From the NCBI RefSeq assembly GCF_006345805.1, contig NW_021832231.1, forward strand, positions 558,001 through 622,000: a DNA stretch of 64,000 nucleotides. The letters are read 5' to 3'. Position numbers and translations under genes: made by a program. The DNA comes from Octopus sinensis. Lineage: Eukaryota. The notes below the pieces were generated by a model. That model was not told where the DNA came from and did no database searches. It worked only from the letters and a program-made list of their open reading frames with translations. Each line of letters starts with the position of its first letter. The first letter of the stretch is position 1. This document shows, piece after piece, positions 26,537 through 40,373 of this stretch.

Positions 26537-29327
26537 TTAATACAATGCCTCATGACCAGTCAACACATGTAGATCTCTGTTGTTCCTCTCATCCACTGTT
26601 CGTAATACAACAAACCTGCTACATCAAATAAAAGACAAACCCTTTGCTTCCAAGAAGAGTAAATAGGCGGGATGGGTCGAAAATATTCTGAATGATCTAA
26701 AATATTTAGTCCCCAAGTGTAAACTTGATTTTCATAGTTTTTGACTATAACTCCGTGGTTATGAATTGCGAGTAGACCATTAGAAATGATGACTGCATAT
26801 TATCCTACTCTACTACCATATTGGTCCACATCCACGTCAAAGTCAATCAATCGAGACCCAACAAGATTTCCATCCAAGTCATACACACCAGCCCAGTCTA
26901 GACACAATTTAACATAAAAATGAACTTTTAAAACCAACAACGACAGTTTCATCAGTCAGTTGCCCAATAAATATAGTCTTCATAGTATTACAAGTCACTT
27001 AATTTATTAACAAAAACTACCCTCTGATCTATCAGAACTATTCTGAAATGCCCCCCAGCCAGTATGCAGGTTTAGATCAATATAATCAAACTCGACAGAC
27101 GACTTATCGTGGAGACTAAAAACGTTATCTCTCAGTGAGCACTTATTCTGGTCATAACTAACTCCAAAGCATAGATAAGGATAAGTATTGTTGAGTGCCA
27201 TCAGAGGCTCGCTGTTACAAAAATCCATCCGCGGAATGGAAACTGAAATTCTCTACAGAATAGAAAACTATACTCAACTTTAATGAGCATGTATTTTCGG
27301 TAAGGCAAGTACCATTGCATGAGGACTACTTCGTCTGGGAGAGTGCACAACAAAAAGTCATCACAGCTGACCGGACTTCGGAAAGCCACACATTTTTCAA
27401 TGTCTTTTGTCTCGTCAACTTTGAATATGGGACTCCCTCTTCTGCTCTTAAAACTGAATATTTCGGTAAATTTAAATGATTTGGATGGTTCCTGGAATGT
27501 TTTGCTCAGTTCGATCATATCAATGCTATACAAATGAGAACTGTTCCCTGCCAGTAACCCAGAAAACTAACCATGTAGCACAAGCACTAGAAGAATTTCA
27601 TATACATTCAGATGAACCCACACACATGACTTGGCAAAAATCTACAATATTATTAATTATTGGACTTTTATAGGCACAAACTCTCCCAGGACTCCTAAAT
27701 TGGCTAAATATAGCCCTTCCAAAGTACCCAAGAGCATGTTCTGTTCTACGACATAAATCATGAACATTTCACCAGTAGTGACACTATTTATCCACAATTC
27801 TGTGCAAACTATCTCTAATTCACACTCCTCGTATATTTTATTCAACCCGGCCCCCATCAACACATAAGGTGTCCTAGACAGACCGATCGAGTCCATTTGC
27901 TGTCGATTCAACATGATATACTACTTTAATCTGCTTTCGCCAGTCCCACACATAACACAGTCCACTATCCTGTCTCAGATTGTAATCCTCATCCGATGTA
28001 TCATAGAACACTGATTGACCAGTGGGCTCGTCCCCGAGTTTGAGATCATTTGCCTACGAATTGGTGACTTGGGAGTACAGGAGTATCCCCAACAATAGTA
28101 TCTGATCTATTCAATTTTGCAGCCAAGTCGTCTACAAGAATATAAACAAAGAAATACATAGAAGAGTCTTCTAGTAATAAAAGCGAGATATACGTGGTCG
28201 GATGTGTCGCCTACAAAATGAAAAAACACAATTTACCCGACCTGTCGTCTAGTTCTGACAAATACTACAATATGAATATAAATCGACTAACATTACTATT
28301 TCTCTTCTCCTTCTGCAGTTTAGCTTGATATAGCGCATGTCCATACTGTTGACTGAGATTCGGATTTTTCACAAAAATATGCTTTAAATACAAATTTATA
28401 AAATCACATTCAGACATTCCGTGGCTGAGGGTCTCCACCGAACGTTTTTGTTGAGAGTTTTCTTTATGAAGGAGATCATATCGATGGACCTACAATGCCA
28501 TCCCAGTCCTACCACTTCGAGGGGTCACGTACAGATGGAGGCTTGTAAGAATTTTTTCCAATCATGTGCAGTGCAGCTACTGGATGTAGCTCATACAAGG
28601 GAGGCTCAGTGTCTGCCAGTTCTATCACAGTGATCCCAATACTCCAAATATCACAAGATTTTCCATATCCACCTGTTCTTTGAGCAGTCACCACTTCGGG
28701 AGCCATCCTGTTGTATAAATAACAACCAACCAGTACGGAGTCCCTAACACAGTTTTCCTTTTTGCTGCTGCTTTGGAAACTTTAACGGAAATACCAAAAT
28801 CGGCTGAAGAGATAACTCAATATTACTAACCCAACTTAATCTCCCCACTACTCCTCAGGAGAATATTCCCGCCTTTAATATCTCTGTGTATTTGATCACA
28901 CGAGTGCATATATTCCAGTCCTCTGAGGGCCTCTCTGATGACGTAAGCCAACATCAGTTCTGGCAGAGGCCCCAGCACTGCAACCACTTCTTGTAACGAA
29001 CCTCCTTCGCACAACTCCATGCACATCCATAGACGAGATCGGCTGAAATATGTGAATATTATTACCAAAGGAATGCTTCGTATATATTAACAATATTTAT
29101 GTGTCGGCACTGGTTTATAATGTCGATTTCACTTCGCATTTGCTCAAAATCGTCATCTTTTTCAATCTTTATTGACTTTAATGCGTATATTTTTCCAGTC
29201 AGGAGATGACTCGCCTAATTACGTAATATTTGAATGGAAAAGCCTTATAAACGTCTCCATACGTTCCTGATCCGATTTTTGATATCAAATCGTACTTTGT
29301 TTTAGGGTTTACAAATTTAATTTCCAT
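26537..29327 (-). CDS. MAP4K: MAP4K3/5-like (happyhour-type) STE20 kinase with CNH domain
   Basis: IGSGTYGDVYK|A, HRDIKGGNILL, ADFG, GTPYWMAPEV, CDIWSIGIT.IELA..EPP; CNH segment LLGTLEGLY; C-terminus LHVLTGHEALY. Confidence 0.93.
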
Positions 29328-29972
29328 AAAAATTACAAAACCACAAGACCAGATATTTACTACGGCTTCTTTGAAATTATTACTTATATATTAAATTAAA
29401 CAAATCATAAATAATTAAATTTAGTATTTTTCTATTTAATAAAGAAATTTTTTTAGAATTATTTCATTCGAGTTCTACAATATAATAACAAGGTCTATAG
29501 CACTTTTTTAGTCAATTAACAATTCTTCACGGTCAAATGGTTTGTTTTAAAAAATATGTTCTTGGCGTTTATTAAGTACTATAACTGTCCTTTCTTTTCA
29601 ACCAACTTAAAAATGGTAGAATTTATGTAAAAATTTAATTGTATTTTGTTACTAACATTAAATTTAGTCAAAACTGACAATAAATTCTATGTAAATGTTA
29701 AAAATTGTTTGCTTATTTAGTTTTTCTAGATTAATTTTTGTAATTAAATGCTCGATACATTACGATAATTTAACCATTTGTTTTTTTATTTTAGTTATCC
29801 ATTCTTCGATATGTATTCTGTATGGAAATAACAAAGTTATAGTCCTAGGTACGCTCTACGTTCACGAATTTAATTTCAGAGAACGTACTTTAGATACTAT
29901 TTTCTTAAATAAATTTTTTATTTTTACTTAATTTCTCTTCAAAAACTTTAACTTATTTTTGAAAACAAATTT

Positions 29973-30020
29973 TGTGGCTGACACAAGCAAAACCTCAGGC
30001 TTACGTGCTTATGGCAACGC
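29973..30020 (+). repeat. Short dispersed repeat (TGTGGCTG...AAACCTYAGG family), copy 1
   Basis: Aligns with 31147-31196, 34335-34408 and 39901-39917. Confidence 0.55.
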
Positions 30021-31146
30021 GGATGTGCCATTGTTTTCGTTATAACTGATAATAATTAGCTAATAAGTTTTTAAAGAGCCAACTATCGAACTACAGTTTT
30101 TAAATATTTGTTTACTATGACATATTAATTTAAAGACTAGAGATATTTATTATTTTATGTTGACCTCGATATCAAAGGTTATGAAAAATGACGTAAGTTA
30201 TCCAATTTTTTTTCTTTATGCAGTAAAACCTCTGCTACTCGCCATAATTTTAGCAAAAAATCATTTTTTCTAGAAACGTTTGATATTTTCTTTTGCTCAA
30301 ATTTTCTTTCAAGAAAATATTTTCTGGTTAAACTATTTTTAACAAAATTTTCTATTACTAGCCCGGAGTTAGCATGCGCAAGTTTACTAGATTTCTGTTA
30401 GTGAAAAACTTTGTATCATTGCCTATATGGAGGAGAAAAAAGCCTATCGATGTCCAAATTGATAATTATAAAATAATCAGTATTTTACAAAATTGAATCC
30501 AGTTGATACAAATCAATTCATAAATAACGAATTTATTGGCCTTGGAAGAGACTTTAATACTAATTCTGAATCTCTCACTATTGAGGATGAGAATTACAAA
30601 CTCTCAAAAAATTATCTTGCAAAATTAAAAGAAACATTAAAAAACATTATAAATGCCTATCAAAATAAAAATTTAGATACACATCCATGCCATTAAAAGT
30701 CATATAAACAAAATCTTTCATGAATCAAATAAAATAACTATTAATGATTTTTTAGTTATTTTTTCAAAAATGGCAAAAAAGAGAGTTTTTACTGTACTTG
30801 TATATGGAAAATATTACCTTTTTAAATAATATCGATATAATCGATTTAGAACAAGTTTTTTTAATGATGTTAAAAAACTTTTCATTCGAATTCGAAGGTT
30901 CCAAGTTTTTGCTAATTAGAAATTATTTTTATTATGAAATTTTATATTGTCTCAATGAATTTGAAATGACTTGATTAAAGCATTGACATTCAAAAGTAAA
31001 TTTAACGACCAATCGGTTATTAAACTACAATTCAAAAATGGGATATTTTTATAAATGTGTTAAAATAATCATACAGTGGCTCATTCTGTCATTTATTACG
31101 CATTATCAGAATTAATTAGAATCATTAACTAATGTGTTCTCTATTT

Positions 31147-31196
31147 TGTGGCTGGTATAAGCGAAACCTTAGGCACCTACGGGCCTGTGGATTTGC
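31147..31196 (+). repeat. Short dispersed repeat, copy 2
   Basis: TGTGGCTGGTATAAGCGAAACCTTAGGCACCTACGGGCCTGTGGATTTGC. Confidence 0.6.
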
Positions 31197-31317
31197 TCTG
31201 TTAAAGGATGGAAACATTTACTGGTGGAATTAGTATTATTGTTTAGCGTAAATATAATAATCAGATATCCGGAATTCTATTATAAGAGTATTTTGTAACG
31301 TAAATTAGATTAAAACA

Positions 31318-31880
31318 ATGAATTTTGGGTATTTCGTACATATTTTTTATTACATGATATTCTTTTGTTAAAAAACTTAAAATGATTATTCTGTTTTACT
31401 TTCCTTTTTTAGAACTTCCAAAAAAGCCAGTTATAAATCTAAAACGTAATTTTTCAACTTTATTTTGAAGAATCGATTTGGGCGATGAACAAAAATCAAA
31501 AGAAAACCCTTTTTATTTATTGAAAAATTATATTTCTGATAAAATTACGGCAATATTTTCAAATTACGATGAAAATGAAAATTCAGAAAGTGGTTAAATT
31601 TAATATTAGACATTTTGTAGAACAAGAAGATTCACCTGATGAAACATATCCAAAAACATCTGGCATATCTAATACAACTTATTCTCAAGATTCCGAGATT
31701 AACGAACAATCCGGACTAATTTCCGATGAAATAAAATCGCCAGCAGTTTCCAAAAAAAGGACAGCACATGGATCAATGAAGAAAACAACGAAGAAAAAGT
31801 CAACGAGGAAAATTTCTGTCAAGGCAAACATGTTTTTTGAAAATAACATGTATCTAAATAAAATTCGGTATGGTCTATAA
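31318..31880 (+). CDS. Hypothetical acidic/basic low-complexity protein, multi-exon; 3' end uncertain
   Basis: In-phase joining MNFG|TSKKASYKSK|TIDLGDEQK...SES|EQEDSP...KKSTRKISVK through GT-AG introns; no family recognised. Confidence 0.4.
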
Positions 31881-33017
31881 GAGATTATGTAACTTTTTAG
31901 TACGAATGTAACTAAGAATTTGTTTAGCTGGTTTTTCGGAATTTTCTTGACTTTTGTTACATTCACCCTAAGCGCGATCGAAATTTATATTTTCTTTGTA
32001 AAAAGTGACAATTGGAGTCTGTCGTTTCCAAGTTGCTTTGTGGTATAATGATTATAATTAATTTTTAAGGCAGTCTTTAACTCTTTGATTTCAATGCTTG
32101 TCTGGTTTAATGCAATTAAAGCAAAGGTATTAACAGAAATTGAATATTTTTAGAAAATTACTCTTTCCTTTCTTTCTTTTTTGTTAAGTTTGCACATGTT
32201 TCCTTCTGCCATAGTCATCTCTTCTCCCTGGAGAGTTGAAATTTTTGACAGCGTATGAATATTTTTGTTTATTTTAGCCCATGTCAGCATTCAATGTGGT
32301 CGCGACATTTCATCTACTTCTATTAACAATATTCCAGTTTCTTGATCAATTAATGTTATATTATCAATTTTTATATACTACAGTATCAAGAAAGAGTTGA
32401 TAAAACGAGTGAGAAATGTGAGGTATTTTTTTACAAGATGGGGAATTCTATTTTCTTTGACAGTCGTATTAATTAATTCAAATGAAGTTTTTATTGCAAT
32501 GGGAATATCTGTAAGATTTGAATATACATATTATAGTGTTTGTTTGCACAATTTGTTCTAATCGGATTACAACAGTCACAGTGCGATTACACACAAGTTT
32601 TAATTGTAAAAATAAGTTCAGGTTTCGACAATTATGACCGACTGCTTTTTTCTGTCACTCAGTTCAATAGGAATGCAAATAAAACATACATGGACCACGT
32701 ATAGTACAAATATTGTATTAAAAATATTAAAATGATATTTATAGAATACATTTGAGGACTACGGTTACTACTACGGTTTAACTGCCATATGTTGCCTGTG
32801 GTTATTGATTGTTATCGTCGCTCACTCATCTAAGATTGTTTACTAATAGTAATTAACTAACTAACAAGTAATCTCTAACGTATTAATCATATTTCCTAAA
32901 AAAATTCAATTTTAAAACCAGGATATTAACTTGGCAGTAAAAAAACTATTTTTTACATTAAATAAATTACTTCATTTAATTTTTTACAAGTCAATATTAT
33001 ATGCAAAACTCAATAAG

Positions 33018-33964
33018 TCACATATCATCCGTTCGCATACGGTAAGCCACAGCCTTTATAGCCTCCTTATCAGCCATATTCTGAAGAAACCTCCTCTCAT
33101 AGCCATTCGACCGATCAACTCCATCCCACCTCACACCAGCATATAATCCATATCTATTCTCACAAATCTGTCTTTTCTCGACCACAACCACACTTTCTTT
33201 TTTACATTCGGCCGAGCGAGGAAATTTAAAAATTGGATCTTCCTCATGTAATTTTTGCATTAATTCTGCATTTAGGTCCGCATCGTCCCGAGATCTCGCC
33301 AAAGGTTTCTTCACTTCTTTCTTATTCACAATATTCTCGTTTAATCGATCAGATACTTGCTTTAATCTGTCATAACAATCAATACAAGTTACCCGAGTTC
33401 CCATAAAGAATATTTCGCCTTTATTTCTTCTTCACGTTTTTGCTTTTCGACGTTCTTTGCATTCTCAACTGCTTGGTCTCGTTTTTTCAAAGTTTTCCTA
33501 TCTCTAAAAATAACGTGGGTTGGTGGGTCTTCGTTGATCTCTTCCTTGACTCTCCTGACAGGGGACATATCATTGTCGTCTTCAAATCGCCGTTTTTTCT
33601 TTTTTTCGGTATTAGAGTCTGTAATTTCGCTGTTCTCGACTTTTGTATCGGGAGGGATGTTTAATGGGGCAAACATTTCGGAATCCAGTTTTAAGGATTT
33701 CCATTTGTTTGGATTTGAATGATTAGATGGAAAATTGTCGGGTATTTCGACAATTTGGGGTTCATCGTCGTCACTTTGTTGAAATATTTCATTTTGAAAT
33801 GCAGGTGGTACTATCTCATCATCGTCATGTATAGTTAGCCTGTTATATGAATGAATTATCATGTACTTTTGTCTTTTTGTGTTCACTTTTCTTTTTTTAG
33901 GTATTTTGGTATCAGATTTACTCATATATTTTTCTAAATACTGTTTTAGAGGTATTTCTGACAT
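33018..33964 (-). CDS. BUD13: BUD13 homolog (RES complex)
   Basis: YLEKYMS, VIFRD, 26-nt intron, PLARSRDDADLN, RWDGVDRSNGYE, AYRMRTDDM. Confidence 0.92.
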
Positions 33965-34126
33965 TCTAATAGAAACTAAACAACAAGATAAATTAGTTTC
34001 AAAATCATTTTATTATTTAAAATATATTAAACTATTCAAAATATAATTATTAGCAAAACAAGTTTTTGAAACTAGATTGAGTATTATTCAAATATCTAAT
34101 ATAAAATTTGACGAGTTACTCCGATT

Positions 34127-34225
34127 GGGTTTGACACGTTACGCCGTCATGAACATCTCATACGGACTCCAAATATGAATGGATTTCCGTATTGAATTTC
34201 ATGAGCTTTCTAGCGTGGAACACCC
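34127..34225. ncRNA. Candidate structured RNA: about 99-nt imperfect fold-back hairpin
   Basis: Nested complementary blocks GGGT/ACCC, CACG/CGTG, TCATGAA/TTCATGA, ATACGGA/TCCGTAT, TCCA/TGGA around an 8-nt loop. Confidence 0.35.
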
Positions 34226-34334
34226 GCACTTTAATAAAAATAAAACTTATAGAACAACAGTAACTAATTTTCGTCTCATTTCGGACTTAATTAGAATAAT
34301 TAACTTACTTGTTTTTTTTGCTCTGGAAAAATTG

Positions 34335-34408
34335 TGTGGCTGGCACGAGTGAAGCCTTAGGAACCTAAGAGCCTCTGGATTTGCGGTTTTCTTGTTGTTG
34401 TTCTTGTT
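34335..34408 (+). repeat. Short dispersed repeat, copy 3, with (TTG)n tail
   Basis: TGTGGCTGGCACGAGTGAAGCCTTAGGAACCTAAGAGCCTCTGGATTTGC...CTTGTTGTTGTT. Confidence 0.6.
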
Positions 34409-34488
34409 AAATATAAAAATATCAGATTATCAAAACAATTGATTAATAGGTGTGTTATTATTTTGTGGTTAAGTTAGGTTAAATGTGA

Positions 34489-35918
34489 TTAATTTTGGTA
34501 AAAGCTTTTGTATCTCATTATGTGATCATTTAGTTGGTTTTTCTGTTTTAAAAATGAAGCCGGAAGTTCGGAATAAAGTTGTTCATAAATTGTTTCGGGA
34601 CCCGGTTTTTGAATTTTTTCACTTTTTTTAAGCTGGTCAACAACCTAATTTTCCAATAATAACTTGTTTTACGTTTTTAAAACAATATTTTTTATAATCA
34701 TTTTCTGTTTCTAAATTCCAGAAACCTTCTTTGACCAAATAATTTCTAAAACGTCGAAACGGAGATTTTATCGTTTTCCACTCTTCCATCTCCGTGTCCT
34801 TCCGATATGCTGTACTATCGTCTGATGTACTGTGATCGCTCAATCTATTATATAATTTTTGTTAAAAAACCTATAAGTCATTGCTTCTATCAAAACTGGA
34901 CTCTGTTCTTCAACACACATCGTTCGTGCAGATTTTACTGCATTATATATAGCGAACACATCATTCCCATCCACACGAATTGCAGGGATTCCTATTCCCA
35001 CAGCTCTTCCAGCTAAAAATTCAAAAGTATTTAAAATACCGATCCCATCTCCAGAGTACTGTTCATCACTGTGAGTTGAAATAGCGTATTCGTTGTTACG
35101 ACTATATTTGTGTCAAAAAATGATAATAAACCATATAAAAACAACAGGTGATTTGAGTGTTGCAGCAAAATTTAATCCTGTGAATGCGTCCCCTTCTGAG
35201 GCTGCTCCTTCTCCAAAAAAAACGACAACACACGAATCTTGTTCTTCGAAAATTTTTTTAACATAAGCTTGTCCTACAGCTAAAATGAGTTTAATAATAT
35301 TTAAATAGTATAAACCTTGAGGAATTTGTGTTCCTAATGGTGGAGAGTTATTAAAGATTTTGAGTTTTTTAGAATAATACATTGGGTTTTGCTGTCGTCC
35401 AATAGCGTGATCTTTTATATTTGATGCCGTCAAGTTCATAATTTCTTCAAGAGTATATCCTCGTTGAATCAATACTCCTAATTAAATAAGCCTTTAAAAA
35501 TATTCCTAGTTCTCTATACTGTGCAGATATCAGATCTTTTGAACTTATTGCATCTGATATCGACACAAAGGCTTCTTCTCCATAATGTGTCACACAAAAC
35601 GTGAGTCTTCCTTGTCTTTGAGATTCCAAAAGAATGTCGTCAATTATATTGAGCAAAAGCATGTTTTTAAACCAATTTGTCATTTTCTCGTAAGATATCT
35701 TAATCATTGTTAAAAATGTATTTCACTTTAGGAATTTGATTTGTATCTTCAATATTTCCGTCATTGTCAAGGACACGATAAGTCGGAATTTTTGATACCT
35801 CATTTGGGTGATAAAACTTGGGAGTGCTAACATAAGTTGATGTCCGTTTTAGAAAAATTTCCAAACATTTAGCAAAAGACTGAATCTAAAAACAATGTTA
35901 TGTTACAGGCAATACCAT
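34489..35918 (-). CDS. BCKDHA: Branched-chain 2-oxoacid dehydrogenase E1 alpha
   Basis: [29 protein letters not shown], ThDP motif [18 protein letters not shown], phospho-loop HSTSDDS; micro-introns. Confidence 0.93.
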
Positions 35919-36269
35919 GTTTATATTTTTTGTGGTTTTATAAAAGGGTGTGGCCAAATAATTTATTTTTCATATAGTGACTACTATTTTTAATATTAAA
36001 TTTATTTTTTAGTAAATAAATAAGTATATTTATTTAATAAAATATATAATTGTTGCTGAGAAACCATTTTGTCAAAATACATATGGAAACACTTGCTAAC
36101 GATAATTTACTTACATGCAATCTTCAAAATAAAGGCAAGTGTCAAAAATGCTCTTAAAAATAGAAAACAGTGAGATAATTGTCCCTTTAGAAAACCAAAC
36201 AGAAAGCACTAACAATGTCTTTGAAACAGAAACAAAAAGTATTTCTTATTAAATCGAATTTCAGATACC

Positions 36270-38187
36270 ATGGACGAGTTTTTTAAGAAAGAAGAATTAA
36301 AATATCCCCGGTAAATATTATATAAAAAAACTTATACTAGAATGTCAAAAGAATATTTACGTAGGCATTGCAGAGATATGAAGCTGTATACAACTCCATA
36401 CTTAAACGACGTACTTTATCTCCATTACAAAGGTATTAGAACAACAAAATAAATATTCAGGATTTTCTCAAATAGAAAATTTGGACGAATATACAGGTCT
36501 AAGATGTCTTTGGCTAGAATCTAACGGAATTCAAAAAATTGAGAATTTAACAAATCAAATAGAATTGCGCTGTTTATTTATTCATCAAAATTTGATTAAA
36601 CAAATCGAGAACTTGTCTCATCTTGTAAACTTATCACAACTAAACTTATCCAACAACATGATCAGCAAAATAGAAAATTTGGGTGAATCATGTAATCATT
36701 TGTAGAAACTCTTCCTAAACTCGAGACACTTCAGATATCTAACAACAAACTGGAGGAAAGAGAAGGCCTAGTTGGATTAAAAGACTGCGCTCATATATCC
36801 GTCCTCGATCTTTCTAATAATTACATTGAGGAAGACATTACTGACATATTATCCGCTATGAAATCTTTGGTAAATAAATCATGACTTGATAAATTAGAAA
36901 GTCCTATATTTGACGGGAAATCCAATAACTAAAAAACTTAAATATTACAGGAAACAGATGATTTATAATATTGTATTATTATTTATTTATTTTTAAAGAA
37001 AAACCTCACATATCTCGACGATAGGCCTGTTTTTCCGAGAGAAAGGGCATGTACTGAAGCATGGTAGTATTCATTACATTATTACTATTTTTATCCCAAA
37101 TAATTATTAAATAGGTTTGCAGGAGGAGTGGAAGCAGAAACCAAAGAAAGAGAAGAATGGATTAATAAAGAAAACAGAAGGATCAAAGAAAGCGTTGATG
37201 GTTTAAATAATAATTATTTTCAGCTCTTGGACAATTAAGAAAAAAGTCGACAGCAATTAAGATTGAGAAAAAACTTCGGGAGGAGCACGACAGGGAAGGA
37301 AGGACTGGAGAATATCCTGTTGTTGATGTAGATTCGGTTTGCTGGTTAAGCGGAGAATATAAATTGATAAATCAAACTGAAATGAATATATGTATATAAT
37401 TTAATTTTATTGTCTAGCAAAATACAAATATGATGAGAATCCAAATGATCAGAGTACAGAAGATGAAGGAATGCGTGAATCTAGAAGTAATCCTCAAAAT
37501 AAATTTGATTCAGAAGGTTAGATATATTAAATCATATTTAAAAAGAAAATAAAAATATCTCCAATTTAAATGAAAATTGTCTATCCGACGTTGTGAGCGA
37601 AGACCATCTTTTATTCAAATTTGAAACAAGTATTTGACTGCAATATTGTTAAATAAAATATAATAGATAATGAGTTAAATATTGACAATAAAGTAAATGA
37701 ACAAGAAAGAGAAATTGACGAAAATAGTGACACAAATCAGTTTCAGGATCAATCGGAATTATTAAATGAGGGTTATTTTAATTATTAGTTAAATATTGTA
37801 GACTTGATTGATTCAAATGGGTCACAAGGTATCTTTTATATTTGGAAAAATGTATTTTCAGGTTCAAAAAATAGTGAAAAAATTGAAGAACTTTTTATTT
37901 CAAAAGAACCAAAGTCAAAAACAAAAGGAATTTTTGGTCTTTTTTGTTAATTGATTTTTACAGAAAATTTTCCACAAGTTATGGATACAGATATGAAAGT
38001 TATTTTTGTATTTACTATTTAACAGCTTGTTTTAAATGCGTGTGCAAATGATGAAGATGAAGATTTAATTTCTCTTTTTGAAAATCCTACAGAAAGTGTT
38101 TCAAAAAAAGTAAACTTTTCAAACAAATAAATTAATTTGCAGAATAATCTTATAATAGAACTGGATCAGTCTGACGATAATAATTAA
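36270..38187 (+). CDS. DNAAF1: Dynein axonemal assembly factor 1 (LRRC50/ODA7); possible extra 5' exons
   Basis: [50 protein letters not shown]22-type LRRs, [26 protein letters not shown]; acidic tail. Confidence 0.92.
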
Positions 38188-38239
38188 TTATTAATATTAA
38201 TAATTCCAAAGAATTGTTCGATTATTATTATTTGAAAAA

Positions 38240-39330
38240 ATTTAAAAAATAAGAGAAGATGACTGTCCCCTCCGTGATTTACTCATCGACTTCCTAAAAA
38301 GTTTCCTGGCTGAGGACCAAGTCAGAATGATACAGGTACTCCTTGCTAGGACGGAATTATCGGTTCTTGTTGGATCGTCGTTCTCAAGGCGGTTAGAAAC
38401 GAATTTTGACACTTCCAAAAGAGATTCTCTCTTGTCTCCACTGTTTTTCATCTACCTGAAAGCCGCCCTAAAAAATCTTAGAACTTTCTACAATAACTCT
38501 ATTACCGAAAGTGTTTATGCTGACAATGTTGACTTTGCTTCGGACAACAAAGATGCTTGAATCGATCTTCTAAACAATTCCCAAATGACACTTAACAAAT
38601 GGTTCCTCATAGTCAATACTTCTAAAACCGAATTCACTGAGATCAAACGCATGGACACTAAAGTTGGTAAAACTTGGAGGAATGTGAAGAAACTACGCTC
38701 TCTGCTCGGAGACAGTAAAGACATTACTTGTAGAAAGTTACTGCCCACCATGGCACTAAGTAGAATACGCAAAAAATGACTTCAAATCCGGCCTGCCAAT
38801 TGGCAACTCAGGTCAAGGCTTTACAACGCCTTTGTGAAATCTTTCCTACTTTACAATTCCTCTACATGAGGAATCTCGAATACTGAACTGAAAACTATAG
38901 ACTCCTTTCACCGCAAGCAGCTGCGCTTTCTACACAAACTTCACTGGCCATCTAAAATCAACAAACAGTAACTCTACAAACACTACAACGCTACACCGCT
39001 GTTTGCAGAAATTGTGACATGTCGCTGGAAACTAATCGGGCGCATCTTGAGACTGAGCCCAACCACTCCTGCTAATCTTGCAATGCACAAATACTTTATG
39101 GAGTATGGCGAAAAATATCGTAAAATACCGAGATCTACCCTTCCGGGGTTTTGTGAAAGGACTCAGCACCGGTAAGAAATTAAAAAACGAAGACGACCTG
39201 GATTCCCTACGGGCTCTCACCCACAACAAGAGAGCTAGACTAGGATGGTTCAGAAGATCGCATCGCTTGTTACACTTGTGAGATTATAACTTTGATTATG
39301 TTCCTACGTACAGTGTCTTAATAATAAGAG
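38240..39330 (+). mobile_element. RTE-clade LINE, 5'-truncated and decayed
   Basis: DSLLSPLFFIYL, YADNVDF, VNTSKTE, KKLRSLLGD, LLYNSST, IDSFHRKQLR, RWKLIG.ILRL..TPAN.AM. Confidence 0.85.
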
Positions 39331-39900
39331 AAGATTCTTTATAAAGATTTATTGACTGTTTTCGTGAAAAATTGCAATTAAATTTTTTTGTCAAAGCCAT
39401 GTTGATACTCGCAGCCACTTCTACAACGAGGAATACATCTCCCGATGTCATAAATATAGGCGGTAGTGAGATTTCTTACGACTACAAAGGTTTCGATTGA
39501 TCGGGACAAAAAAATAATGTTCCAAGAGAGTTTAGTATTTTTTTTGATTTTCACAAATTCTGCCTTATTCGAAACATCCTCACGAAATACGGTCATTACT
39601 ATTGGACACATATTTTATTCATTCACTCATTTTTCCCTGTTTTCTATGGGATGGTTTAACTTAAGAGGACTTATATTCGCATTAAAACGACAACACCTAT
39701 GTACGGATTTACAACGAATTTTACAACAGTTTAGTTTAATTTTAAATCTCAACTACGGTATTTTAAATTTAAAGTTATAATAAAGTTGAGCTTCCTACCG
39801 TCTAAAACAGCCGAACTACAATAAAAAACTATAGAAAAGACTAACTAATGAACTTCCTACCTCGGGATTAATTTCGTGTCTTCTTTGGATCTTAAAATTG

Positions 39901-39917
39901 TGTGGCTGGTACAAGCT
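39901..39917 (+). repeat. Short dispersed repeat, copy 4 (5' part only)
   Basis: TTGTGTGGCTGGTACAAGC. Confidence 0.4.
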
Positions 39918-40373
39918 TTTTCGAGATCCATGGCTTTGCGAAAGTGGTATTTTATGTTATTCCTAGGGGCTACTGGTCATGGAAGACGATATTTTTGCAC
40001 TATACACACAAAATTCCACGGAAGTGGTTTGTTAAAATAAACAATGATACTTTTGATTGTAAAAAAAGAAATAAGGGAACCAATGGGAGAAAGACCTGAT
40101 TGTTGAAAAACCAAATTAATTTTTTATATTTAAAAATCTCTGTTTTACAAAACCCCTGTATTGGAGTACTTGGTACCGCAGCCAAAAGTTGGACTGTAGT
40201 GTGACTCGCTATGAAACATTGTTGTGTTAAACCAGTATAATTTAAAACGTCACTTTCAAACAAAACGTGCCAACTTCCGAACAATTTATTAATTACTCAA
40301 CTCCACAGAAAGAGTAAAATAAATTTCATAAAGAAGCGAAAGATTAGTTATTGAACTGAAAAAGCTTTGTTAA

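Noticed and set aside
34127-34225. SECIS element in the long hairpin (minus strand has ATGA-N12-AA)
   Set aside because: The core pairs by Watson-Crick (TCATGAA/TTCATGA) rather than forming the tandem G.A quartet, and no adjacent gene has an in-frame TGA.
36083-36269. Upstream DNAAF1 exons via an AG|GCAAGT donor and a 6-nt micro-exon
   Set aside because: Phase-consistent but with no homology support and alternative starts; needs cDNA.
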